NCBI GenBank assembly: GCA_965226055.1
Contig: CBDDCA010000006.1
Span: forward strand, 288,001 to 352,000
DNA from: Spirochaetia bacterium
Lineage (GTDB): Bacteria > Spirochaetota > Spirochaetia > WTKD01 > G963693115
Reading direction: 5' to 3'
Length of the DNA stretch: 64,000 nt
Made by a program: the position numbers and the translations under genes
Shown here: piece after piece, positions 20,950 to 31,334 of the stretch
Position numbering within the stretch: the first letter of the stretch is position 1
How the letters are laid out: each line of letters opens with the position of its first letter
Notes under the pieces: generated by a model
The model's input: the letters and a program-made list of their open reading frames with translations, nothing else
The model's database searches: none
Told to the model about the DNA's origin: nothing

Positions 20950-22219
20950 AGTAATGCTTTAATATTTTCCCTACAATTTTAGAACACTGTAAAATATTTG
21001 TTTTATCATATTCAATATTTGCGTGAGCATATTTTGCTAATAACGATTCAAAATCAGAATTTTTTTTCAAAATGTCTGTGCCAATACTATTGAAATTTAA
21101 TTCTTTTTGATCTAACATATCAGATGCTTTAATTTCTTTCATAAATTCTCCAAAAACAGCATCATCACTTGCTCGTTTATCTCCCTCATTTTCAAAATAT
21201 TTTCTTCCAGCAGCCTCCATTATTAGTCTCAAAGACATACCTATAATAGGTAAGATATTTTTATCTCTTTTAAATGTTTCATAAATTTCATCTAGTATAC
21301 TATACAAATCATTAACTTTTCCTTTTTTTAGTTCTAATTTTTCTCCAAATAAAGTATCTACGATTGCTTTATCTCTAGGAGTTTTTCTTAGTTTTTTTTG
21401 TAAATTATTATCTTTTATCACATTCTTGCTACTCTGTTCTGTAAAATTTCTAATATTTAATTCTTTATCATCAATTAAAGGTTTTATTGATCCTCTATTT
21501 TTTCTTGTACTTATTTGTTTACTTTGAATCAATTGTATTAATTTTTCAAAAATTAATTGTAATTTTTCATCCTTTTCATATGAAGGATAAACACTCTCTA
21601 ATTTATTATTTGAATCAAAATAAAAACCTAATTTGTAAAAATTATCTACAGTCAAAATTTCTGTTTTAATAAAATTTTGATCTAGTGCTTTATAATTCTC
21701 ACTTATTAAATGTGTTGCTTCTTCAATTTTTAAAAATAAACTTTTTTCCTTTTTCAAATGATAATGATCAAAATAATCTTGTTGTAAAGCAGACCAAGTA
21801 TTATTTCTTATATTATCTGCTTGTATAATTGTTAATGCTGTTTTCTCATTACATAAAACACAAGAAATTTCTTTTAAGTTTACTAAATTTTTTGGTGGAC
21901 TAGATGGAAATAATTTTTTTTCTATTACAACAGACCATTGTGGATTTTGTAAATATTTTAATACTACTATTCTTTTATTACCATCATAAACAATATGTTT
22001 TTTATTTTTAAAAACAACAATTGGTAATTTATTAAGATGATAGAAATCTCCCATTTCTTCAATTAGCTTTGGAATATTCCATTTATCTCTATCATCCTTT
22101 ATGGCTTTTTTTATTATTTCTAAATCTCCAATATCTTCTCCAATTGGATCTCTTGGATTTTCAGTCCATAAATGTAATTCCGATATTTTTATCTCTTTGA
22201 TTTTTTGATCATCACCCAT
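20933..22219 (-). CDS. Hypothetical protein with ParB/Srx-like N-terminus and HEPN-like C-terminus
   Basis: LHLWTENPR...PIVV...VYDGNKRIVVLK; C-terminal LRLIMEA...KYAH; overlaps the MTase by 17 bp. Confidence 0.65.
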   Translation of the reverse strand: MGDDQKIKEIKISELHLWTENPRDPIGEDIGDLEIIKKAIKDDRDKWNIPKLIEEMGDFYHLNKLPIVVFKNKKHIVYDGNKRIVVLKYLQNPQWSVVIEKKLFPSSPPKNLVNLKEISCVLCNEKTALTIIQADNIRNNTWSALQQDYFDHYHLKKEKSLFLKIEEATHLISENYKALDQNFIKTEILTVDNFYKLGFYFDSNNKLESVYPSYEKDEKLQLIFEKLIQLIQSKQISTRKNRGSIKPLIDDKELNIRNFTEQSSKNVIKDNNLQKKLRKTPRDKAIVDTLFGEKLELKKGKVNDLYSILDEIYETFKRDKNILPIIGMSLRLIMEAAGRKYFENEGDKRASDDAVFGEFMKEIKASDMLDQKELNFNSIGTDILKKNSDFESLLAKYAHANIEYDKTNILQCSKIVGKILKHYYGKND

Positions 22220-22266
22220 ATATTTAATTCCTCCACCTCTCTTGCTTAATCTACTTAATAAGTATA

Positions 22267-23208
22267 CTAATCTTTCAATGGAATTGTAAACACTTGCCTT
22301 TCTCTACAACATACGAGTGAGTCGAATATATTTTTTGCTTCTTTTTCAATTTCTCCAATATCATTTAATGTATAACGAGGGCTAAAATGCAATAATGCAG
22401 CTTGGGTAACACCTCCACTTTCTTTCACCATTTGTGCAGCTTCCACCCCTGTTAAGTGTAATTTTTCTTTTGCTGCCTCCAAGTGTTCTTGCTTAAACAT
22501 TCCTTCAATAAACACTAAGTCTGAACCTGCCATTTCTTGCACAATATCGGGCGTTGGACGTGTATCGGTAACATATACAATTTTTCTTCCGCTCCGTGAA
22601 GCCCCTAATACTTGATGAGGATAGTATGTTTTTTCGTCAATGGTAATTGTTTCTCCTCGCTGTAATGTTGCCCAGTGGGGACCTCGCGGTATGTTCAGCT
22701 GCACTGCCTTTTCTACATCAAATCGGCCTGGCCTCTCATGTTCAATAAAAGAAAAACCCCATACTTTACGGGTATGTTTTCCGAGAAATGTTTTGATATG
22801 AAATTCATTTTTTTTGTGACAATATACTACAGACTGATTATCCAGTTCTTCTAAAATAACATACTCTATATCAAAGTTAATGTACATACCAAGACTACGC
22901 CTTGTAGCTTCAATAAACTCTCTCACTGCTGCAGGACATACAATAGTAAGAGGAATATCACGCCCTACCTGTGAAGAGAGCATCAACAGACCAGGCAATC
23001 CCGTAACATGATCAGCATGAGAATGACTAATACATACTACATTGATTTTTTTCCAGCTTACAGAAGCCTTACGTAAACTCAACTGCAAGCCTTCACCACA
23101 ATCAAACAATATCTCATCAGATCCACGTCTCAGCAATACAGACGACAAATGCCTTCGAGGAAGAGGCAGAGACCCACTTGTTCCCATTACAATAGCTTCG
23201 AGAATCAT
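22267..23208 (-). CDS. rnz: Ribonuclease Z
   Basis: MGTSG, FDCGEG, SHSHADH, GP-rich exosite, TDTRP, HFSPRY. Confidence 0.95.
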   Translation of the reverse strand: MILEAIVMGTSGSLPLPRRHLSSVLLRRGSDEILFDCGEGLQLSLRKASVSWKKINVVCISHSHADHVTGLPGLLMLSSQVGRDIPLTIVCPAAVREFIEATRRSLGMYINFDIEYVILEELDNQSVVYCHKKNEFHIKTFLGKHTRKVWGFSFIEHERPGRFDVEKAVQLNIPRGPHWATLQRGETITIDEKTYYPHQVLGASRSGRKIVYVTDTRPTPDIVQEMAGSDLVFIEGMFKQEHLEAAKEKLHLTGVEAAQMVKESGGVTQAALLHFSPRYTLNDIGEIEKEAKNIFDSLVCCRERQVFTIPLKD

Positions 23209-23224
23209 ATATATGTAACTATGA

Positions 23225-24445
23225 CTATACTTCTACTTCTTTTGAATAGTCTACAGAGTCCCACATAAAACCATGAATAGTATAAAATTCCTTGCGAAAT
23301 CCATGTATGTCTGTTTTTTCTTCAAGGTTAGTTTCATCTATTTGATTCCAAATATCCGCTACTTTCTTCTGAATATCGTCTCGCATTTCCCAATCATCCA
23401 TACGAATACGCTGATGTTCATCAGTACGAATACCTACATTAGTCGCATGCTCACTTCCGTATATTCTTTCACTAAAGAGTCTCCCCATTTGTTCTATGCA
23501 TCCTTCATGAATGCCTTCTTCTTTCATCACCTTATATAATATAGCAAGATACAAGGGAACGACAGGAATGACACTACTAGCTCGCGTTACTAACGCTTTA
23601 TTTACCGAAACATATGCTCGACCGAGTCCTGCTGACTGCATTGCAGTATCAAGCTCATGTGCAGTAGCTTCTAAATCTTCTTTTGCTTTGCCTATTGTTC
23701 CGCTTCTATATAGCTCCTTTGTTAGTTCAGGACCGATATATGAAAACGCAATATTGAAGGAATTTTCAGCCAATACCCCAGCTTTCATCAATGCCTCTGT
23801 CCATAGCTTCCAATCTTCTCCTCCCATCACTTTCACAGTGTGAGCAATCTCTTCCTCACTTGCAGGAGCAACATCAATATCATATAAAGAAGAATCAACT
23901 ATATTGATTGACTTTCCTACAAAATTGTTTCCTATCGGTTTTAATACCGAATTATATACTTCCCCTGTAGTAGGATCAATACGCTTTGGTGAAGCAAGGC
24001 TATAAATAACAAGATCTATCTTTCCCATTTCTTGCTGTATTACATCAATACACTGCTGTTTTATTTCATTACTAAATGCGTCACCATAAATGGAGTTACA
24101 CCAGAGCCCTGCTTGTTTTGCTTCCGCTTCAAAGGCATGCGTGTTATACCAGCCTACAGTAGCAGTTCGCTTTTTTGCAGGATTAGCAGGAGCTTCAAAG
24201 GCAACACTCAGTGTCTTTGCTCCATATCCAAATGCAGCAACAATACGCGAGGCTAAGCCATATCCTGCAGATCCTCCAAGAATCAGTACATTTTTCGGAG
24301 CATTACTGCTCTTATCTTGAATACTTTGTATGTGTTTTTTGACATACTCAATTTGTGATTGCACTAATTTTGTACACCCAGTTGGATGTGCATTTATACA
24401 GACATTTTTCATTATTTTTGGTGATACTATCATACTTTCTGCCAT
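23225..24445 (-). CDS. fabV: Enoyl-ACP reductase / trans-2-enoyl-CoA reductase
   Basis: NAHPTGC, GYGLASRI, YSLASP, VMGGEDW, SYIGP, HEGCIEQ. Confidence 0.95.
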   Translation of the reverse strand: MAESMIVSPKIMKNVCINAHPTGCTKLVQSQIEYVKKHIQSIQDKSSNAPKNVLILGGSAGYGLASRIVAAFGYGAKTLSVAFEAPANPAKKRTATVGWYNTHAFEAEAKQAGLWCNSIYGDAFSNEIKQQCIDVIQQEMGKIDLVIYSLASPKRIDPTTGEVYNSVLKPIGNNFVGKSINIVDSSLYDIDVAPASEEEIAHTVKVMGGEDWKLWTEALMKAGVLAENSFNIAFSYIGPELTKELYRSGTIGKAKEDLEATAHELDTAMQSAGLGRAYVSVNKALVTRASSVIPVVPLYLAILYKVMKEEGIHEGCIEQMGRLFSERIYGSEHATNVGIRTDEHQRIRMDDWEMRDDIQKKVADIWNQIDETNLEEKTDIHGFRKEFYTIHGFMWDSVDYSKEVEV

Positions 24446-24530
24446 ACTTACTCCTATTGATTAAAATATATTACATGGTATTTTACATTATATTAAAACA
24501 ATGGTATTGTTGCAGTAACTTATTATTGGG

Positions 24531-24583
24531 GATCACGAGTTCAAGGATTAAATGCGACAAAGGAGCAAAAAAAGTAAGAAAAA
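24531..24583 (+). mobile_element. Orphan IS30 left end, identical to 25031-25083
   Basis: 53-bp direct repeat exactly 500 bp upstream of the IS left end. Confidence 0.92.
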
Positions 24584-24723
24584 TAAAACAAAGCATATTT
24601 TTATTAGCTACTACATATAGTGTATATTTAGTATATAATTTTCAATTTAAGCACTAGAGAAATTTGCTTTATTTTTATATTAATGTTATACTAAATGCAG
24701 AATAATAAGAGAACAATAACATT

Positions 24724-24981
24724 ATGAGTGTACAAGTAAAAACTGATACAAAAGAAACTACTTTAATTTTAAATAATACCGATAAGGAAAATTTGGAAAG
24801 ATGTTTCTCGGAATGGAAATTCAAAGATTATCAAAGTCTTATGAGGTTCGTATCATCTATTTTAATTGAGAGCGAAGATAAAATAACAATAGGCATTAAG
24901 AAAAGTGGAGTGCTAAAAGAATTTTCACCAGCAGACCATTTAGTAAACGATGTCAGAACCTCAGAACAACCAAAAAAGTAG
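24724..24981 (+). CDS. Small hypothetical protein (possible RHH-type DNA binder)
   Basis: 85-aa ORF with beta-alpha-alpha-like pattern; lies between two IS left ends. Confidence 0.55.
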   Translation: MSVQVKTDTKETTLILNNTDKENLERCFSEWKFKDYQSLMRFVSSILIESEDKITIGIKKSGVLKEFSPADHLVNDVRTSEQPKK

Positions 24982-25051
24982 TGATAATTATATCACCGAT
25001 CAACAGTTAAAGGAATTTAATTATGTCACCGATCACGAGTTCAAGGATTAA
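24950..25051 (+). pseudogene. 5' fragment of a gene truncated by IS30
   Basis: MSEPQNNQKSSDNYITDQQLKEFNYVTD overlaps the upstream gene's end and runs into the IS left end, stopping inside it. Confidence 0.35.
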
Positions 25052-25089
25052 ATGCGACAAAGGAGCAAAAAAAGTAAGAAAAAATAAAA

Positions 25090-25141
25090 AAAGGAGACAC
25101 TCTATAATTGTATAAACGAAACAAATTAGGAGGTCTCCTTT
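25090..25141 (+). promoter_or_regulatory. RBS-sequestering stem upstream of transposase with internal -10 box
   Basis: AAAGGAGAC(A)CTC pairs with GAGGTCTCCTTT covering AGGAGG; TATAAT at 25103-08 inside the left arm. Confidence 0.65.
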
Positions 25142-26107
25142 ATGAGTATACCAAAAAACTCATTTCGTCATCTGACAGAGAAAGATCGTACTATTATCGC
25201 TACGCTCCGTCATGCAAAGTACAGTGTCAATGCTATAGCCAAACGCCTCAGTGTCCATCGCAGCACTGTCTATCGTGAAATACAACGCAATGGGGGCAAA
25301 CGTGTCTATAATGAAGTCATTGCTCACAGACGGGCAAGAAAACGATGGGAACAGAGTCATACAAAACACTCTGTTCTTTCTCATACTATTCGTACCTATA
25401 TCGTTTTTCACCTTATTTTCGATGGCTGGTCGCCCGAACAAATAGCAGGAAGGCTCAGTATTGATATGCCTCAGTATGCTATCAGTCATGAGACGATATA
25501 TCACTTTATTTACCGTTTCGCTCCTCATTTGACACAGTATCTGCGAAAACAGCACCAAACACGCAAAAAAAGAACCATATCTCACTCTTTTTCTGTTTCT
25601 CGTATCCCTCATCGTGTCTCAGTACACGAACGAGGCGATGTTTCTAATGAATATGGCCACTGGGAAGTAGATCTTGTTGGCTCTTCTTCAAAAGCTACTG
25701 TGCTTGCTTTAGTGGAAAAACATACCCGTTATGTTCTTTTTCATAAGATACCTGACAAAACTGCTCATACCGTACAGTATGGCATGCTCTTTGCTCTAAG
25801 GAACATACCACGCCATTTATGTAACAGTTTCACTTATGATAATGGGAGTGAATTTATGCTCCATACTGAAATAAATACACGCTTGAATGCTCGTTCTTAT
25901 TTTTGTACTCCTTACTGTGCTTGGGAAAAAGGATTAGTCGAACATTCTATTGGATTATTACGTCAGTACTTTCCTAAGAAGACTTTGTTTCATAGAGTCA
26001 AGCAAAGTGATATACTACAAGTACAAACGCTTATCAATCATAGACCACGAAAATGTCTTCATTTTTTGACCCCTGCTGAAGCCTTTTCTGTCGCATTTAG
26101 TCCTTGA
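25142..26107 (+). CDS. IS30-family transposase
   Basis: HTH (IAKRLSVHRSTVYREIQRN), WSPEQIAG, ISHETIY, GHWEVD, TYDNGSEF, PYCAWEKG..E, LRQYFPK, NHRPRK. Confidence 0.97.
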   Translation: MSIPKNSFRHLTEKDRTIIATLRHAKYSVNAIAKRLSVHRSTVYREIQRNGGKRVYNEVIAHRRARKRWEQSHTKHSVLSHTIRTYIVFHLIFDGWSPEQIAGRLSIDMPQYAISHETIYHFIYRFAPHLTQYLRKQHQTRKKRTISHSFSVSRIPHRVSVHERGDVSNEYGHWEVDLVGSSSKATVLALVEKHTRYVLFHKIPDKTAHTVQYGMLFALRNIPRHLCNSFTYDNGSEFMLHTEINTRLNARSYFCTPYCAWEKGLVEHSIGLLRQYFPKKTLFHRVKQSDILQVQTLINHRPRKCLHFLTPAEAFSVAFSP

Positions 26108-26114
26108 ATCCGCA

Positions 26115-26219
26115 CTTAGTACAGAAAATAATAAGGAAATGATAATTACTCTTATGGCTGATAAATTTGAAATTGCTAAAGACGCAATGACTTATCGTCT
26201 GGGATTACAAAATAAATAG
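26115..26219 (+). pseudogene. C-terminal relic resembling an ImmA/IrrE-family metallopeptidase
   Basis: LSTENNKEMIITLMADKFEIAKDAMTYRLGLQNK* resembles the terminal 'lA..F.vs..Am..RL' helix pair; abuts the IS right end. Confidence 0.5.
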
Positions 26220-26348
26220 CTTTTTTATGATAGCCTAAAAAACTCTCTGTAATTGCCCATCATAGCAATACTACAAAAATTTTAATTTTTTACTATAATA
26301 CTAGTGTATGATGATAACATACAATAATGAAACAAAAGGAGTATTTCT

Positions 26349-29300
26349 ATGAATGAAAATAGAGAGCTACAAAGTATGAAAAAAATCGGGGGGGGGGGGG
26401 GGTACACTCTCGATATAAGCAAAACCTAACTATACTAGTAGTGCTAGCAATGACTACCCTCGTACTTGTAGGATGTGCAGAGAGTAGCAACAATTCCTCA
26501 TCAGGCGGAGGGGGAAAACAGGTAACCCCGACACTCGCATCAGTGTCCAATGTGCAGATACAAGCAGCAAGCAACGATGGGACGCTCTCGTTACGCTGGC
26601 AAGCTCCCAGCGAAGCCACGCATGTAGTAGTAAAAGCTACATCAACTGCGCCAGCACAATCTATACAGGTGCGTGTTCCTGCAATAGAATATCGTGCATT
26701 GTTTCAACAAAACAGACCCTACACCCTCAGAGGCTTGCATGCCACTACCGATTATACAGTAGAGATAGAAGCACAAAAATCAGACTCAGAAGTATCACCA
26801 AAAACAACACGCTCTGTGACAACACTGATCGATGAAACTGCACCACAGGACACTTTTACACGGGTAGCAGTAGAGAAAGCACAAAACGATAGTATAAAGC
26901 TAACATGGGACAAAGCACTGCTATCGTCAGGCAAGACAGACATAGCCGAAGCCACAATACAGGTGATAGAAAGAACTACTAATGTAAGGGCAGAAGTATC
27001 AGTACAAGATGTAACACAAGGAGAGGTGAGCATTGCTGTCCCCACTATAGACGGCATAAGCTATGATATAGTAGTAGTATACAAAGATAGCAACGGTAAC
27101 GAAAGCACAGCAAAGCAAGCACTCAGAGGCATAGTGCCATCAGCACTCTCACAAACAGTAACGCCACTTTCCGCATCAGACCTTACAGTAACAGCAAACG
27201 ATAAAAGCAATAGCCCAGCCGATGAAAGCCTGCTTATTATGTGGGATGATAAAGATGACAGCTTTGACTTTTCAAACAAAAGCCTCCAAGTACGCGTTAT
27301 AGCAACCGCAACAAATACAGTAGTAGCAGAGGAGACAATAGACAAAGATACAAGTGCAACAAATGTCAGCGGAGCAAGTGCAGACAACCAAGAGTACGCC
27401 ACTGTGTATGTAGCAAAAGATGGCATAGCACTCACAAAACTCTATGGCACGCTTACCTACAAAGTAGAAGTGTATGTTTCTCAAAACGGAAAGTACTCCA
27501 CTGCAGTGTCAAAAGAACAAGCAACAACAGACAAAAGCACAGAGCCTGTAAGCAATGTAAGTGCCGTAGGAGGAGCAACAAGCATAGTAGTAGGCTGGCA
27601 AGCCCCCGATGTACGAGATTATGCAGGAGTGACTATAACAGTAACAGAAAAGGACAGCACAACAGCAGCAAAGACAGTGACAATAACAGAGAGAACAGTA
27701 CGCAACACACAGATAACAGACCTCAAAGCAACCACCGAGTATACAGTGGCAGTCGTATCAATGGACAGTGCAGGCAACAAAGGAACAGAAGCAACAGCCA
27801 CAGTCAGCACATCAGCAGATAGCACCGCCCCCGATGCAGTAACAAGCATACAAGCAAGCTATCCTTTTGTATCAGCAGCAAAGATAGGCACACAGATAAC
27901 ATGGACAGCACCCGATGCAGCAAAAGCAAAGAACAAAGACATAAAAGAATACAGCGTAAGCATAGCAGAAAAAGGCACAAGCACCACAGTACTGAGCGAG
28001 AAGAAAATACCCTATCCCACAAAGTCACTCTCTGTAGAAGAACTTGTGCAAGGCAAAACATATACCATAACAATACTCACGCTTGATTACTCAGAAAACA
28101 AAAGTAGCCAAGCCACAAAAGACATAACAACCCCCAACTCACTCACAGCTCCCTCAGAAGATCTCTTTCAAAGCAAGCCTACCCTTGACAAAACAGGAGC
28201 TATACAGATAAAAGCAACTTTTAAGAATGCTCCAAGCATAGGACGATACTACACCTTGCGTATGAAAGAGGGAGCTACCTTAATAGCAGAAAAAAGCATA
28301 ACAAACACAGCAATCACCATTAGCTTTGGGATAGCAGATGGCTTAGAAGTACCTAAGAGCCAAGCAAATGCCAAGAATTATCGCTTTGATTTTCTGCAAA
28401 TAGCAAATAACAGAGTAAGTCCAGTAACCGCACTGAGTGATGCAGTAGCAGTATACGATAGCACCTCGACAGCACCGCCCGCTCCCAAAGATGCAAAGCT
28501 CTCCGTAGAGTCAGTAACCCAAACAACTGCAAAAGCAGTCTATACATTTAGTGCAGGAGACATTACTGATACCAACAAAGCACCCAGCGGAAGCAAACTC
28601 ACACAGGCACAAATACAATACAAAGTATACATAGCAGCAGGAGACCACAGCACAAAAACACTAGACGAAATAAAAGCCCTTGCAGGAGTACAAACAAGAG
28701 AGCTAGCAGGAAACAGCACTCCATTAAAAGCAACATTTATAGGAACGAAAGGAGCAGACTATACCGCAGGGGTAGAAGCAATAAACAGCCTCAATCCATC
28801 ATATAGTACAGGAGCATCAGTAACAATAAAGAAAGCAACACTTACTGCTCCCCCAAGCACACCAAAAGTAACAACCTACACTAACAGTAATGCAGTGGTA
28901 TTTGCAGTGCCTACCACAGGAAGTAACAGCGGGAAAAAAGTCATAACAGTACAACTCAATGCCTCAGACATAGCAGGAGTGAGCAAGGCAAATGGCAATG
29001 CCCTTGAAGCGACAGACCTTGCCTACTATGTGCTATACCTCAAGAAAGAAGATAGCACAGGAAAGCCTGCCAGCGTATCAGCACTATGGGCAACAGAAAA
29101 GAGCAGTACAAGAGTGGCAAAATACACAAAAGCAACAGGAACAACTCAAGACACAATATCCATAGCAATAGTAGACAGCACCAGTGGAAGCAATGCAGGA
29201 GCCACACCCATAGAAACAGCAAAAGACTACTACATAGGAGTAAGGATAGTCAACACAACATCCCCCAATTACGATGCAACAAATAGCGACAAGCTCTTTC

Positions 29301-31156
29301 CTGCAGGCTTTTACACCGATGTAACAGAAATAAAGGAAATCTATACTTCCAAAGCAGTAGCACCCAGCCAGTCATTACTCACAGGAAAGCTGGTAGTATC
29401 ACAGTCAACAAATACTACAGGCACAATAAAGCTGGTACTTACCGAGCTAAATACATTTACAGGAGCAAAAGACTACGATGGCACAAACATAACAGCAAAT
29501 GACAAGCTAGTATACACAGTGTATGGCTTACAGAAAGACACCACTCCTACAGTAGCAGAAGTACTTGCAGGCAGAAAAGTAAACCTAGGCAGTGCAAGTA
29601 GCGGAGTGTACACAGTACCAGCTCTTGCCAGTTTAGGCTTATCTTCAGACACAGCACCAGTAGTAGCAATAAAAGGAGCGACAAAGTATTACTTTGTGGT
29701 AGAGGTAGCAATAAAAACAGACCCTAGCAAGAAAGTAGCATCCTCAACAGTAGCAAGCGTAACAACCGCATCGCAGGCGACCGCCCCCGCAGAAGTAAGC
29801 AGTATACAGACAAGAGTAGCCCAGACAGGCATGAGAGTATCGTGGACAGCCCCCAGCCTCAGTGCAAGCCACAAAGCAAATACAGGCGATGCCCTAACAG
29901 TAGCACAAGTATCGTACAAGGTATACAAAGTAGCTAAGGGAGGCAGTGCAAAAAGTGTAGCAGCAATAAAACAAGCAGACTCAAGTCCTACAACAGTAGC
30001 AGCAGGAACAACAAACACTACCCTGACAGGATTGACAAACGGAACGACCTACGAAATAGTAGTGCAAGCAGTAAACAGCACCGATGATACAAAAGCATCC
30101 ACTGGACTACGCCACGAGTTTGAAGCAAGAGGAATAGCTATAGGAAACACTAGCATAGTCTCAGCAGAAGTAGGCAAAACGCCAGCAATAAATATTACAA
30201 GAGTACTTACCAGTAACTCTGCCTTTACCTGTGATGCAAACATACTAGAGGCAGATGCAAAGAAGATAAAACAAGAAACAGGGCTAGCAGTATCGTTTGA
30301 TCAGAGTAGCAAAACAGTTACTATAACAGGCATAGCAAATAAGTCTAATATACGAGATACAGCCATTACTGAGTATAACTATGCTGTAGCACAGTGTACA
30401 ATAACCGCTTCAAAGAAAAAAGTGCCAGCCACCATCGTGATACAGACAGAGCTAAGAACAGCACCATCAGGAAAAGCAGAAGCCTATTACAGACCAACAA
30501 CAAAGGCACAGCTTCAAACTATTATCAGTGAAGAAAAGACAAGGCAAGGTTCAGGAGGAAACAGTAACCCTAGCCCCAACCTCAACATGATAGACACCAG
30601 TGCTATTACTGATATGAGCCAATTATTTCAGAATGATACTACTTTTAATGGAGATCTAACACAGTGGAATACCAGTAATGTAACGAGAATGAATGGTATG
30701 TTTACTGATGCAAGTGTTTTTAATCAAAATATAGGAGATTGGGATACAGGAGAAGTTATACATATAGGTAGTATGTTTTTTAGAGCAAGTGTTTTTAATC
30801 AAAATATAGGAAGCTGGAATATAAGTAAAGTTAAAAATATTGATAGTATGTTTGCTAGTGCCAGTGCTTTTAATCAAGACATAGGAAATTGGGACACAAG
30901 CAATGTTATTAATATGAGTACTACATTTTTGAGTGCAAGTGCCTTTAATCAAGACATAGGAAACTGGAATGTAAAGAATGTCGATTCTATAACTGGTATG
31001 TTTAACGGAGCTTCTACATTTGATCAAGATTTATCATCATGGATATTGTGTAAAGCAAGTCTCACTTTTTTGGAGTTCGAAAATTCGGCTATGGATGGAA
31101 AAACAGCAAAGTACCCGACAGTAAAGCGTCAAAGTGATCCAGCATGTACATCGTAA
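26349..31156 (+). CDS. Large surface lipoprotein with Fn3-like repeats and C-terminal DUF285/BspA-like repeats; frameshifted at G15 (long ORF 26441..31156)
   Basis: AAGGAG RBS plus ATG 26349; lipobox LVGC; repeated W.AP...Y.V...L...T.Y...V Fn3 patterns; FNQDIGNW repeats. Confidence 0.85.
26388..26402 (+). repeat. Poly-G tract (G15) in signal-peptide coding region
   Basis: ATC-G15-TACAC. Confidence 0.95.
30644..31042 (+). repeat. 75-bp (25-aa) DUF285-type tandem repeats
   Basis: FNxxxxxW units at 30644, 30719, 30794, 30869, 30944 and 31019. Confidence 0.9.
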
Positions 31157-31174
31157 CATAGAGAGAGATACATA

Positions 31175-31213
31175 CTTATGGCAAGAAAGGAAATACTCTT
31201 TTCTTGCCATAAG
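31175..31213 (+). terminator. Hairpin terminator after lipoprotein gene
   Basis: CTTATGGCAAGAAAGG-N7-CTTTTCTTGCCATAAG. Confidence 0.75.
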
Positions 31214-31334
31214 AGTATAAAATTCATAAAAACAAGCATCATCAATTTCTCCATACATGAAATTATAGACAATAATAAGGAATTATATGGTATACTAAAA
31301 AATATACACTGCAATTAGTTTATACCTATTATTT

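Larger units (their letters stand above)
25034..26114 (+). mobile_element. IS30-family insertion sequence
   Basis: 26-bp imperfect IRs CACGAGTTCAAGGATTAAATGCGACA (25034-59) and TGTCGCATTTAGTCCTTGAATCCGCA (26089-114); right IR overlaps the transposase stop. Confidence 0.92.

Noticed and set aside
24355-24657. 100-aa ORF upstream of fabV
   Set aside because: Overlaps fabV antisense and reads through an IS end and AT-rich intergenic DNA; no RBS or motif
14295-25083. Three copies of a ~42-bp sequence as CRISPR repeats or ncRNA
   Set aside because: Spacing is 500 bp and ~10 kb, there are no cas genes, and the core is the inverted complement of the IS30 right end
26347-31027. Numerous minus-strand ORFs within the large lipoprotein gene
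   Set aside because: Shadow ORFs caused by biased codon usage; the same applies to most short antisense ORFs in the track
30644-31042. DUF285 repeats as CRISPR array or DGR variable region
   Set aside because: They are in-frame protein repeats; no reverse transcriptase or template repeat seen in the window
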